Notes under the pieces: generated by a model
Seen by the model: the letters and a program-made list of their open reading frames with translations, nothing else
What the model was told of the DNA's origin: nothing
Database searches by the model: none
Shown: one piece after another, positions 37,436 through 49,800 of the stretch
Layout: every line of letters begins with the position of its first letter
Position numbering within the stretch: the stretch's first letter is position 1
Position numbers and translations under genes: made by a program
NCBI GenBank assembly: GCA_964057225.1
Contig: OZ059895.1
Span: 11,842,001 to 11,906,000 of the forward strand
DNA from: Auanema rhodensis
Lineage: Eukaryota; Animalia; Nematoda
Direction: 5' to 3'
Length of the DNA stretch: 64,000 nucleotides

Positions 37436-37834
37436 CGTTCCATTTAGATTCTCAATGGTTCTAAGTTAAGAGATCCAAACAGACTATGAGAAGATGAGTA
37501 TGATTTTAAATATAAGAGTGTAATGTAAGGTGAAATAAGAAACAAGAGATGAAATATATGAAGGTTTATTGTTCCCATTATAATATAATTATACAAAGAT
37601 TTGAGCTAGAGTTAAGAAAAAGAATATAAAGAGATGATGATGAGATAAAGAGAAAATAAGATAATGAGATGTCTGAGTCTTGAGGACTCAGGTTTATATA
37701 TCCATACAACTCCTACTCAGTTTACACAAAATGTTACTATGCTTATAAAAAGTGCATCTAGAATATTCTCAGAATTGCTTAAAAACTTTCTGCATTAGTT
37801 TTATAATAGCAGCTGCCGAGATATGTATGTAACA
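37436..37834 (-). repeat. Probable 3' LTR of gypsy element 2 (399 bp, TG...CG)
   Basis: Minus strand reads GTTGGGGCA|TGTTACA...ATGGAACG up to the spacer junction; no partner LTR to confirm. Confidence 0.65.
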
Positions 37835-38012
37835 TGCCCCAACGGATTCAAGTCAGCTGACCTCAGCTGTTAAATGCAAATAATGATTAAGAGAGAAAAA
37901 ATAAAAAAATAAAATGGCATGAGATAAAGCAAATTTTTCAACAAACTATTGATAAAGAGAAAAATTTTAAGAGATAGAATTTTATAAATGATTTAAACCT
38001 TTCCTTTTCTCT

Positions 38013-38657
38013 TTAATCCGCCAGTTGGTCTATTTCCTGGATTATTTCTGTCATTGATGCTAGTCCAAGCAGCTCCATTGTTCTGATGGTTTGGCTAACT
38101 GCTTTCGCCTTACTTTTTGATGCGGACATGTTGATAGTCCTTTTTGTCAGTAGTTTTTTGATTACTACTGATAGTTCTTGCCCTATCTCTATCCACGATG
38201 CTTCTTCTTCGGTTTCGCTATTTCTTACAGCTTGTTGTGTCATCTGTGTTGTCCACGTCGGCATTGCTTTGTAGATGTCAGCTGTGGTCTGCGTTCTGGC
38301 GGGTTGTCCCAGTATTATATGTCGGATTCTGTTCTCTTTCTGGCTGAGAGAACATCCTTCTGTCCAATTCTTTTGATGCTGGCGAAGCTCCTTTAGATCG
38401 TTTTCCTTATAGCTTTTGGTTTTCTCCTCCAATAGTTCCATCATAAATAGGATGTGCTGTGTCTTCTTCTTCAATTTGCTCGTTTGGAGGCTTATTATGG
38501 GTCCTAAGTTCGGCTGCATGCAGTTGATAGGTAGAAGACCTTCGCGAAGGTTTTCTACCTCTATCCATTTTTGTTCAATAGTGGTCGCTAGAGGGATCAG
38601 TGGTGTTGGAGTTGCGAGGAATGTAGAGAGTGTGACGTTGGCGAGAGAGGAGGTCAT
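38013..38657 (-). CDS. Accessory ORF (214 aa, unknown function) between integrase and the 3' LTR
   Basis: Uninterrupted ORF, CAAAATG start context, TATATAAA ~50 bp upstream, helical or coiled-coil composition. Confidence 0.6.
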   Translation of the reverse strand: MTSSLANVTLSTFLATPTPLIPLATTIEQKWIEVENLREGLLPINCMQPNLGPIISLQTSKLKKKTQHILFMMELLEEKTKSYKENDLKELRQHQKNWTEGCSLSQKENRIRHIILGQPARTQTTADIYKAMPTWTTQMTQQAVRNSETEEEASWIEIGQELSVVIKKLLTKRTINMSASKSKAKAVSQTIRTMELLGLASMTEIIQEIDQLAD

Positions 38658-38955
38658 TTTGAGTACAAAGTGTTTTTGAATTTTTCTCCATCAAAATTTT
38701 CTCTTTATATAGTTTGTTTTTGCAGTGATTGTTACAGTTTGTTGAAATTAAAAGATAGAAATTAAAATTTCGGTGGTTTTGATCTATGTCTTGTGTTTAA
38801 TGTACTATACGAAAGAAAGAAAAATTATTTTTTACAATTCTACGATTTTTGTTAGTTAATTAAAATTTTCGTACTTGTTCTCTTTTGTTTTGCGTTGGAG
38901 ATTTATTCTGCTGCGTTTTGTTTTGATCCGCTTTTCATGTAGTTCCAATTCTCCC

Positions 38956-41834
38956 TTATTTCTGATTTCTGCGTCTTGTGTTTTTCTTTTGGGTTGTAGT
39001 TTAACATGATGCGGGCGTGAGTTTTCATTTCCTATTCCTAGTGCTGCGGCAAGTGTAGTGTTCCAAAATCTGATTGCTGGTGAGTTTTTGTTTCTGTCCT
39101 CAAATAGTTACTTTCTGTTTTCATTCTTGAATTGATCTTGTAGCTTTTCGTATGTTTTTGCGTTATTATCTTCTATATCGTTTTGATTAGAACCTTCTTC
39201 TTGAGAGAAAGGTGTCAGCTGTCTGAGGTCCTCTTGAATTCTGTCGATTGTTGTTGATTCATCTTCTAATTGTATATTAGAATTTGTTATTCTTCTTGCT
39301 AGAGCAAGGTCGTCAGGTGTTTCTGAATTTTGTTCAATTTCTTCTTCGTTTACTCCACTGTTATTCCCAGTGATAGGTAACAGTTGCGCGAGAGTATCTG
39401 TACTGCCTGTTGGGTAACAGTTGTTGTTATTTTCCGTATCATTGGTTTGTTCCCATTGATCCAGATTATTCCAACTTGCTTCTTCTTCTTCTTCTTTTTC
39501 GTTCGTTATGTCTTGGTCTTCTTCTTCCTCTTCTTCATTATTTTTTGTTGATATAAGATTATCGTCTGGTGGAAAATAACGTATGTTATTTTTGTGAGCT
39601 TTTATAATATTTCCATCTTGATCCGTTATGCTGATGTTGTTTCCTTCAATTGTTACTATCCGGTAAGGTCCATCTCTTCTTATTTGTAATTTGTTGCTTG
39701 GGTTCGCTCTTTGTACAAATACTCGATCTCCTATATCCAATATTCTTTCTTTTGTCCTATGTGCTTGATCGTATTTCTACTTCATTCTTTCTTCATTGGT
39801 TGCAATCTTTTCCTTGACTTTTTCCTGAATATCTCTTAAATTTTTGAGCTGATCCGTGATATTTTGTTCTTCCGATGTTTCCAAGTTTTTGTCAATGGGC
39901 AGACGTGCTACTTGTCCAAACAAACATTCGTATGGTTATTTTTTAGTGGTGGCATTTGGTAATCTGTTGAGTGTAGAAATAATCTTTGGAAGTATCTTAT
40001 CCCAATCGTTTTGTTCATCATTAACGTAGGCTGTTAATGCTTCTTCGATCGTCCGATGTAATCTTTCTACTTGTCCGTTAGCGTTTTTGTAATACGGCAT
40101 AGTAGTATGGTGTGTAGTTCCAAAATTACTGCACATAGTAGTGAAATCGTTTGAAATAAAATTAGATCCATTGTCTGTGATGATAGTGACAGGTGGTCCA
40201 AAAACATAGAAGAGATATTTTTCGATAACTGATATAATTTCTCCTGATGTTTGTCTGATTAGCGGAATTGCGATAATCCATTTTGAAAAAAATCTTGGAT
40301 TGTACTCTTTGCCATCTTTTTGTTGATGTTGGAAAAATTTTCATTGATTCCACCGTTGCTTCGTGAGGGTTGTTTTTTCTTTTCGCACAAGCAAGACATA
40401 TGTTGATGTAGTTTGTAATGTCCTCTTGCATTCCAGTCCATGTAAATCGTCTTGATATTGAGTCCATTGTTTTATTTATTCCTAGATGAGCTCCGAGTGT
40501 CGGATCTTCATGAAATTTCTTCATAATTGGGTTAATTATGTGTTCTTCTCGTGGTAAAATCGTTCGTGGTACCTGTAGGCTTGTTTTTGGTTTTGAGTAT
40601 AGTACATCGTTGTACACAATATATCTGTCCGTCAATTGTCGTCCGGCTGTATTATTCTTTATTTTATCCATAGTTTCTTTCATCCAATTTGATTGATTCT
40701 GAACTGATCGAATATCTGCTATCGTGAAGGTTTTTATCTGATGAATAGTATCTTCCGTCGTTTTTCTTTCGTTTTTCTTCTTTGCTTGTGGTTATGCTTT
40801 GTTGATTTCATCTTCAAAATATCGTGATAATGCGTCACATACACTGTTTAATTTTCCTGGTCCGTAGATAATTTCAATATCGTATTCTTGTAAAACAATT
40901 TGAAATTTTGCTAAACGACCTATTAAGTCTTTTCTAGTCATTAAACTAGTAAGTGGTCTATGATCCGTGATAATTTTGGTTGTTGTTCCTAGTATGTAAT
41001 TAATTCCTTTCAGCTTTGTTGAGTTTCCGACTGGCAAAAGCTATTGGATGTAATGGTTCTTGATCGTCTTTCGCTTGAAGTAGTACAGCGCCAACTGCTA
41101 TCATACTTCCATCACTTTCAATAACATATGGTCGCTTTGGGATTGGTGCTTGTAACACTGGTGCTTGAGTTAATGTTTTATTCAAAGTGTTAAAAGCAAT
41201 TTCTTCTTCTTCTGTCCATTTGAAGGGAGTGTCTTTCCGAGTGAGGTTGTAGAGTGGTGTTGCTATTCCTGCAGCATTCTTAATGAACCTTCTAAAGTAG
41301 TTTACTACTCCCATGAAAGCTCTTACTCCTGTTGTTGATTTTGATTGAGGATAATCTTGTATTGCCTTGATTTTATGTGGATCCGGTTTAATTCCTTCTT
41401 GTCCAACTATGTATCCTAGAAATTTTACTTCCTTTCTTGCGAATGCGCATTTCTTCAGTTTTATTTTGAATCCTATTTGAGTTACTGCTTCCAAAACTTC
41501 TTCGATATCTTTTAAATGTGCTCTCGTATATTCAGAGATTAATAGTAAATCATCGAGATATACGAATAGCTTGCATTTAACCATTGATTGCAGGTATCGT
41601 ACTGCGTTTTGAAAAGTATGGGGTGATCCACATAATCCCATCGGCATTCGACAATATTGGTAAGTTCCACTGATTGTTGTGAAAGCTGTAAGATGACGAT
41701 CTTCTTTCTTAAGAGGTATTTGGAAAAATCTAGATACTAAATCAAAGTTGCTGAAGATATTTCTATCTTCGTTGAGAAACGCTTGTTTATGTAGTAAAAT
41801 TATTTCTTTCAGTTGCTGTTGTTCGATTTGCGAG
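38956..41834 (-). pseudogene. Gypsy pol remnant (RT-RNaseH-IN with a long acidic C-terminal extension)
   Basis: ORF fragments 41000-41647, 40792-41037, 40162-40683, 39936-40136 and 39108-39740 (GPY then E/D/N-rich). Confidence 0.92.
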
Positions 41835-41919
41835 GTGGAAAATTACATAACTAACATGAAATTGGAAAAAAAACAATAACGAGGATAAATATGTAAATCA
41901 TTGAATATCAGATATTTTC

Positions 41920-42038
41920 GCTTACGACCATACCACGTTGAAAGTACGCCATCCCGTCCGATCTGGCAAGTCAAGCAACGTTGGGCCCGGTTAGTACTTG
42001 GATCGGAGACGGCTTGGGAATCCCGGGTTCCGTAAGCT
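41920..42038 (+). rRNA. 5S rRNA, full length (G110T variant)
   Basis: 119 nt, box A / IE / box C present, TTTT terminator. Confidence 0.85.
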
Positions 42039-43246
42039 TTTCAAATTTTTTTAACGATCATACCACGTTGAAAGTACGCCATGCAGCTGATTTTCAATTT
42101 TATCTCTTCCGTAACAAATGTTTTCAATTTTCCAGCAGTTTTACTTAGATAGCTCAACCCAAGGCATTAAAATATCTTCAATCTTATTTCTATATTACAG
42201 TTATAAATTAGTAGTTTATGAACCTTCATCTTAACTTTACTGTTTCTATCTATTTCCTATTGAAACAAACATTGTTTAAACACTATACAACTGTGAAACC
42301 TTTTTTAATTTATTGTATTTGGAGCTCATAAGATTCAATATCATCGAGGGATTTAGATGTAACGTGGAAAATTACATAACTAACATGAAATTGGAAAAAA
42401 AACAATAACGAGGATAAGTATGTAAATCATTGAATATCAGATATTTCCGCTTACGACCATACCACGTTGAAAGTACGCCATGCAGCTGATTTTCAATTTT
42501 ATCTCTTCCGTAACAAATGTTTTCAATTTTCCAGCAGTTTTACTTAGATAGCTCAACCCAAGGCATCAAAATATCTTCAATCTTATTTTTTTATTACAGT
42601 TATAAACCAGTAGTTTATGAACCTTCATCTTAACTTTACTGTTTCTATCTATTTCCTATTAAAACAAACGTTGTTTAAACACTATACAACTGTGAAACCT
42701 TTTTTAATTTATTGTATTTGGAGCTCATAAGATTCAATATCATCGAGGGATTTAGATGTAACGTGGAAAATTACATAACTAACATGAAATTGGAAAAAAA
42801 ACAATAACGAGGATAAGTATGTAAATCATTGAATATCAGATATTTCCGCTTACGACCATACCACGTTGAAAGTACGCCATGCAGCTGATTTTCAATTTTA
42901 TCTCTTCCGTAACAAATGTTTTCAATTTTCCAGCAGTTTTACTTAGATAGCTCAACCCAAGGCATCAAAATATCTTCAATCTTATTTTTTTATTACAGTT
43001 ATAAACCAGTAGTTTATGAACCTTCATCTTAACTTTACTGTTTCTATCTATTTCCTATTAAAACAAACGTTGTTTAAACACTATACAACTGTGAAACCTT
43101 TTTTAATTTATTGTATTTGGAGCTCATAAGATTCAATATCATCGAGGGATTTAGATGTAACGTGGAAAATTACATAACTAACATGAAATTGGAAAAAAAA
43201 CAATAACGAGGATAAATATGTAAATCATTGAATATCAGATATTTTC

Positions 43247-43365
43247 GCTTACGACCATACCACGTTGAAAGAACGCCATCCCGTCCGATCTGGCAAGTCA
43301 AGCAACGTTGGGCCCGGTTAGTACTTGGATCGGAGACAGCTTGGGAATCCCGGGTGCCGTAAGCT
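43247..43365 (+). rRNA. 5S rRNA, full length (T26A, G92A)
   Basis: 119 nt plus TTTT. Confidence 0.85.
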
Positions 43366-43775
43366 TTTCAAATTTTTTTAACGATCATACCACGTTGAAA
43401 GTACGCCATGCAGCTGATTTTCAATTTTATCTCTTCCGTAACAATTGTTTTCAATTTTCCAGCAGTTTTACTTAGATAGCTCAACCCAAGGCATCAAAAT
43501 ATCTTCAATCTTATTTCTATATTACAGTTATAAACCAGTAGTTTATGAACCTTCATCTTAACTTTACTGTTTCTATCTATTTCCTATTGAAACAAACATT
43601 GTTTAAACACTATACAACTGTGAAACCTTTTTTAATTTATTGTATTTGGATCTCATAAGATTTGATATCATCGAGGGATTTAGATGTTACGTAGAAAATT
43701 ACATAACTAACATGAAATTGGAAAAAAAACAATAACGAGGATAAGTATGTAAATCATTGAATATCAGATATTTTC

Positions 43776-43894
43776 GCTTACGACCATACCACGTTGAAAG
43801 TACGCCATCCCGTCCGATCTGGCAAGTCAAGCAACGTTGGGCCCGGTTAGTACTTGGATCGGAGACGGCTTGGGAATCCCGGGTGCCGTAAGCT
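43776..43894 (+). rRNA. 5S rRNA, full length, local consensus
   Basis: GCTTACGACC...CCGTAAGCT, 119 nt, close to C. elegans 5S as I recall it; TTTT terminator. Confidence 0.92.
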
Positions 43895-46800
43895 TTTCAA
43901 ATTTTTTTAACGATCATACCACGTTGAAAGTACGCCATGCAGCTGATTTTCAATTTTATCTCTTCCGTAACAAATGTTTTCAATTTTCCAGCAGTTTTAC
44001 TTAGATAGCTCAACCCAAGGCATTAAAATATCTTCAATCTTATTTCTATATTACAGTTATAAATTAGTAGTTTATGAACCTTCATCTTAACTTTACTGTT
44101 TCTATCTATTTCCTATTGAAACAAACATTGTTTAAACACTGTACAACTGTGAAACCTTTTTTAATTTATTGTATTTGGATCTCATAAGATTTGATATCAT
44201 CGAGGGATTTAGATGTTACGTAGAAAATTACATAACTAACATGAAATTGGATAAAAAACAATAACGAGGATAAGTATGTAGATCATTGAATATCAGATAT
44301 TTTCGCTTACGACCATACCACGTTGAAAGTACGCCATGCAGCTGATTTTCAATTTTATCTCTTCCGTAACAAAAGTTTTCAATTTTCCAGCAGTTTTACT
44401 TAGATAGCTCAACCCAAGGCATTAAAATATCTTCAATCTTATTTCTATATTACAGTTATAAACCAGTAGTTTATGAACCTTAATCTTAACTTTACTGTTT
44501 CTATCTATTTCCTATTAAAACAAACGTTGTTTAAACACTATACAACTGTGAAACCTTTTTTAATTTATTGTATTTGGAGCTCATAAGATTCAATATCATC
44601 GAGGGATTTAGATGTAACGTGGAAAATTACATAACTAACATGAAATTGGAAAAAAAACAATAACGAGGATAAGTATGTAAATCATTGAATATCAGATATT
44701 TCCGCTTACGACCATACCACGTTGAAAGTACGCCATGCAGCTGATTTTCAATTTTATCTCTTCCGTAACAAATGTTTTCAATTTTCCAGCAGTTTTACTT
44801 AGATAGCTCAACCCAAGGCATCAAAATATCTTCAATCTTATTTTTTTATTACAGTTATAAACCAGTAGTTTATGAACCTTCATCTTAACTTTACTGTTTC
44901 TATCTATTTCCTATTAAAACAAACGTTGTTTAAACACTATACAACTGTGAAACCTTTTTTAATTTATTGTATTTGAAGCTCATAAGATTCAATATCATCG
45001 AGGGATTTAGATGTAACGTGGAAAATTACATAACTAACATGAAATTGGAAAAAAACAATAACGAGGATAAGTATGTAAATCATTGAATATCAGATATTTC
45101 CGCTTACGACCATACCACGTTGAAAGTACGCCATGCAGCTGATTTTCAATTTTATCTCTTCCGTAACAAATGTTTTCAATTTTCCAGCAGTTTTACTTAG
45201 ATAGCTCAACCCAAGGCATCAAAATATCTTCAATCTTATTTTTTTATTACAGTTATAAACCAGTAGTTTATGAACCTTCATCTTAACTTTACTGTTTCTA
45301 TCTATTTCCTATTAAAACAAACGTTGTTTAAACACTATACAACTGTGAAACCTTTTTTAATTTATTGTATTTGGAGCTCATAAGATTCAATATCATCGAG
45401 GGATTTAGATGTAACGTGGAAAATTACATAACTAACATGAAATTGGAAAAAAAACAATAACGAGGATAAATATGTAAATCATTGAATATCAGATATTTTC
45501 GCTTACGACCATACCACGCTGAAAGTACGCCATGCAGCTGATTTTCAATTTTATCTCTTCCGTAACAAAAGTTTTCAATTTTCCAGCAGTTTTACTTAGA
45601 TAGCTCAACCCAAGGCATTAAAATATCTTCAATCTTATTTCTATATTACAGTTATAAACCAGTAGTTTATGAACCTTAATCTTAACTTTACTGTTTCTAT
45701 CTATTTCCTGTTAAAACAAACGTTGTTTAAACACTATACAACTGTGAAACCTTTTTTAATTTATTGTATTTGGAGCTCACAAGATTCAATATCATCGAGG
45801 GATTTAGATGTAACGTGGAAAATTACATAACTAACATGAAATTGGAAAAAAAACAATAACGAGGATAAGTATGTAAATTATTGAATATCAGATATTTCCG
45901 CTTACGACCATACCACGTTGAAAGTACGCCATGCAGCTGATTTTCAATTTTATCTCTTCCGTAACAAATGTTTTCAATTTTCCAGCAGTTTTACTTAGAT
46001 AGCTCAACCCAAGGCATCAAAATATCTTCAATCTTATTTCTTTATTACAGTTATAAACCAGTAGTTTATGAACCTTCATCTTAACTTTACTGTTTCTATC
46101 TATTTCCTATTGAAACAAACATTGTTTAAACACTATACAACTGTGAAACCTTTTTTTAATTTATTGTATTTGGAGCTCATAAGATTCAATATCATCGAGG
46201 GATTTAGATGTAACGTGGAAAATTACATAACTAACATGAAATTGGAAAAAAAACAATAACAAGGATAAGTATGTAAATCATTGAATATCAGATATTTCCG
46301 CTTACGACCATACCACGTTGAAAGTACGCCATGCAGCTGATTTTCAATTTTATCTCTTCCGTAACAAATGTTTTCAATTTTCCAGCAGTTTTACTTAGAT
46401 AGCTCAACCCAAGGCATTAAAATATCTTCAATCTTATTTCTATATTACAGTTATAAACCAGTAGTTTATGAACCTTAATCTTAACTTTACTGTTTCTATC
46501 TATTTCCTATTAAAACAAACGTTGTTTAAACACTATACAACTGTGAAACCTTTTTTAATTTATTGTATTTGGAGCTCATAAGATTCAATATTATCGAGGG
46601 ATTTAGATGTAACGTGGAGAATTACATAACTAACATGAAATTGGAAAAAAAAACAAAAACGAGGATAAATATGTAAATCATTGAATATCAGATATTTCCG
46701 CTTGCGACCATACCACGTTGAAAGTACGCCATGCAGCTGATTTTCAATTTTATCTCTTCCGTAACAAAAGTTTTCAATTTTCCAGCAGTTTTACTTAGAT

Positions 46801-49800
46801 AGCTCAACCCAAGGCATTAAAATATCTTCAATCTTATTTCTATATTACAGTTATAAACCAGTAGTTAATGAACCTTCATCTTAACTTTACTGTTTCTATC
46901 TATTTCCTATTGAAACAAACATTGTTTAAACACTATACAACTGTGAAACCTTTTTTAATTTATTGTATTTGGATCTCATAAAAATTGATATCATCGAGGG
47001 ATTTAGATGTTACGTAGAAAATTACAAAACTAACATGAAATTGGAAAAAAAACAAAAACGAGGATAAGTATGTAGATCATTGAATATCAGATATTTTCGC
47101 TTACGACCATACCACGTTGAAAGTACGCCATGCAGCTGATTTTCAATTTTATCTCTTCCGTAACAAAAGTTTTCAATTTTCCAGCAGTTTTACTTAGATA
47201 GCTCAACCCAAGGCATTAAAATATCTTCAATCTTATTTCTATATTACAGTTATAAACCAGTAGTTTATGAACCTTAATCTTAACTTTACTGTTTCTATCT
47301 ATTTCCTGTTAAAACAAACGTTGTTTAAACACTATACAACTGTGAAACCTTTTTTAATTTATTGTATTTGGAGCTCATAAGATTCAATATCATCGAGGGA
47401 TTTAGATGTAACGTGGAAAATTACATAACTAACATGAAATTGGAAAAAAAACAATAACGAGGATAAGTATGTAAATTATTGAATATCAGATATTTCCGCT
47501 TACGACCATACCACGTTGAAAGTACGCCATGCAGCTGATTTTCAATTTTATCTCTTCCGTAACAAATGTTTTCAATTTTCCAGCAGTTTTACTTAGATAG
47601 CTCAACCCAAGGCATTAAAATATCTTCAATCTTATTTCTATATTACAGTTATAAACCAGTAGTTTATGAACCTTCATCTTAACTTTACTGTTTCTATCTA
47701 TTTCCTATTGAAACAAACATTGTTTAAACACTATACAACTGTGAAACCTTTTTTAATTTATTGTATTTGGATCTCATAAGAATTGATATCATCGAGGGAT
47801 TTAGATGTTACGTAGAAAATTACATAACTAACATGAAATTGGAAAAAAAACAAAAACGAGGATAAGTATGTAGATCATTGAATATCAGATATTTTCGCTT
47901 ACGACCATACCACGTTGAAAGTACGCCATGCAGCTGATTTTCAATTTTATCTCTTCCGTAACAAAAGTTTTCAATTTTCCAGCAGTTTTACTTAGATAGC
48001 TCAACCCAAGGCATTAAAATATCTTCAATCTTATTTCTATATTACAGTTATAAACCAGTAGTTTATGAACCTTAATCTTAACTTTACTGTTTCTATCTAT
48101 TTCCTGTTAAAACAAACGTTGTTTAAACACTATACAACTGTGAAACCTTTTTTAATTTATTGTATTTGGAGCTCATAAGATTCAATATCATCGAGGGATT
48201 TAGATGTAACGTGGAAAATTACATAACTAACATGAAATTGGAAAAAAAACAATAACGAGGATAAGTATGTAAATTATTGAATATCAGATATTTCCGCTTA
48301 CGACCATACCACGTTGAAAGTACGCCATGCAGCTGATTTTCAATTTTATCTCTTCCGTAACAAATGTTTTCAATTTTCCAGCAGTTTTACTTAGATAGCT
48401 CAACCCAAGGCATTAAAATATCTTCAATCTTATTTCTATATTACAGTTATAAACCAGTAGTTTATGAACCTTAATCTTAACTTTACTGTTTCTATCTATT
48501 TCCTGTTAAAACAAACGTTGTTTAAACACTATACAACTGTGAAACCTTTTTTAATTTATTGTATTTGGATCTCATAAGAATTGATATCATCGAGGGATTT
48601 AGATGTTACGTAGAAAATTACATAACTAACATGAAATTGGAAAAAAAACAAAAACGAGGATAAGTATGTAGATCATTGAATATCAGATATTTTCGCTTAC
48701 GACCATACCACGTTGAAAGTACGCCATGCAGCTGATTTTCAATTTTATCTCTTCCGTAACAAAAGTTTTCAATTTTCCAGCAGTTTTACTTAGATAGCTC
48801 AACCCAAGGCATTAAAATATCTTCAATCTTATTTCTATATTACAGTTATAAACCAGTAGTTTATGAACCTTAATCTTAACTTTACTGTTTCTATCTATTT
48901 CCTGTTAAAACAAACGTTGTTTAAACACTATACAACTGTGAAACCTTTTTTAATTTATTGTATTTGGAGCTCATAAGATTCAATATCATCGAGGGATTTA
49001 GATGTAACGTGGAAAATTACATAACTAACATGAAATTGGAAAAAAAACAATAACGAGGATAAGTATGTAAATTATTGAATATCAGATATTTCCGCTTACG
49101 ACCATACCACGTTGAAAGTACGCCATGCAGCTGATTTTCAATTTTATCTCTTCCGTAACAAATGTTTTCAATTTTCCAGCAGTTTTACTTAGATAGCTCA
49201 ACCCAAGGCATTAAAATATCTTCAATCTTATTTCTATATTACAGTTATAAACCAGTAGTTTATGAACCTTAATCTTAACTTTACTGTTTCTATCTATTTC
49301 CTATTAAAACAAACGTTGTTTAAACACTATACAACTGTGAAACCTTTTTTAATTTATTGTATTTGGAGCTCATAAGATTCAATATTATCGAGGGATTTAG
49401 ATGTAACGTGGAAAATTACATAACTAACATGAAATTGGAAAAAAAAACAAAAACGAGGATAAATATGTAAATCATTGAATATCAGATATTTCCGCTTGCG
49501 ACCATACCACGTTGAAAGTACGCCATGCAGCTGATTTTCAATTTTATCTCTTCCGTAACAAAAGTTTTCAATTTTCCAGCAGTTTTACTTAGATAGCTCA
49601 ACCCAAGGCATTAAAATATCTTCAATCTTATTTCTATATTACAGTTATAAACCAGTAGTTAATGAACCTTCATCTTAACTTTACTGTTTCTATCTATTTC
49701 CTATTGAAACAAACATTGTTTAAACACTATACAACTGTGAAACCTTTTTTAATTTATTGTATTTGGATCTCATAAGAATTGATATCATCGAGGGATTTAG

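Larger units (their letters stand above)
37436..41834 (-). mobile_element. 5'-truncated, degenerate Ty3/gypsy element related to the nested one, inserted in the 5S spacer
   Basis: RT MPMGLCGSPHTFQ..YLDD, RNase H and integrase highly similar to ORF 9638-15460; many frameshifts; 5S spacer on both sides. Confidence 0.92.

Noticed and set aside
37436-37449. Gypsy 2 terminus resembles an inverted spacer motif (ATTTAGATG(G/T)AACG)
   Set aside because: A 12/14 match in AT-rich DNA with no extension; likely coincidence
42150-42175. SL1 spliced-leader gene in the 5S spacer (minus strand TTTAATGCCTTGGGTTGAG)
   Set aside because: Only loosely like GGTTTAATTACCCAAGTTTGAG; no GT donor follows and there is no clear Sm site
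46068-46259. 63-aa ORF (also 56306-56497)
   Set aside because: Created by a 1-nt indel in the non-coding spacer of two units
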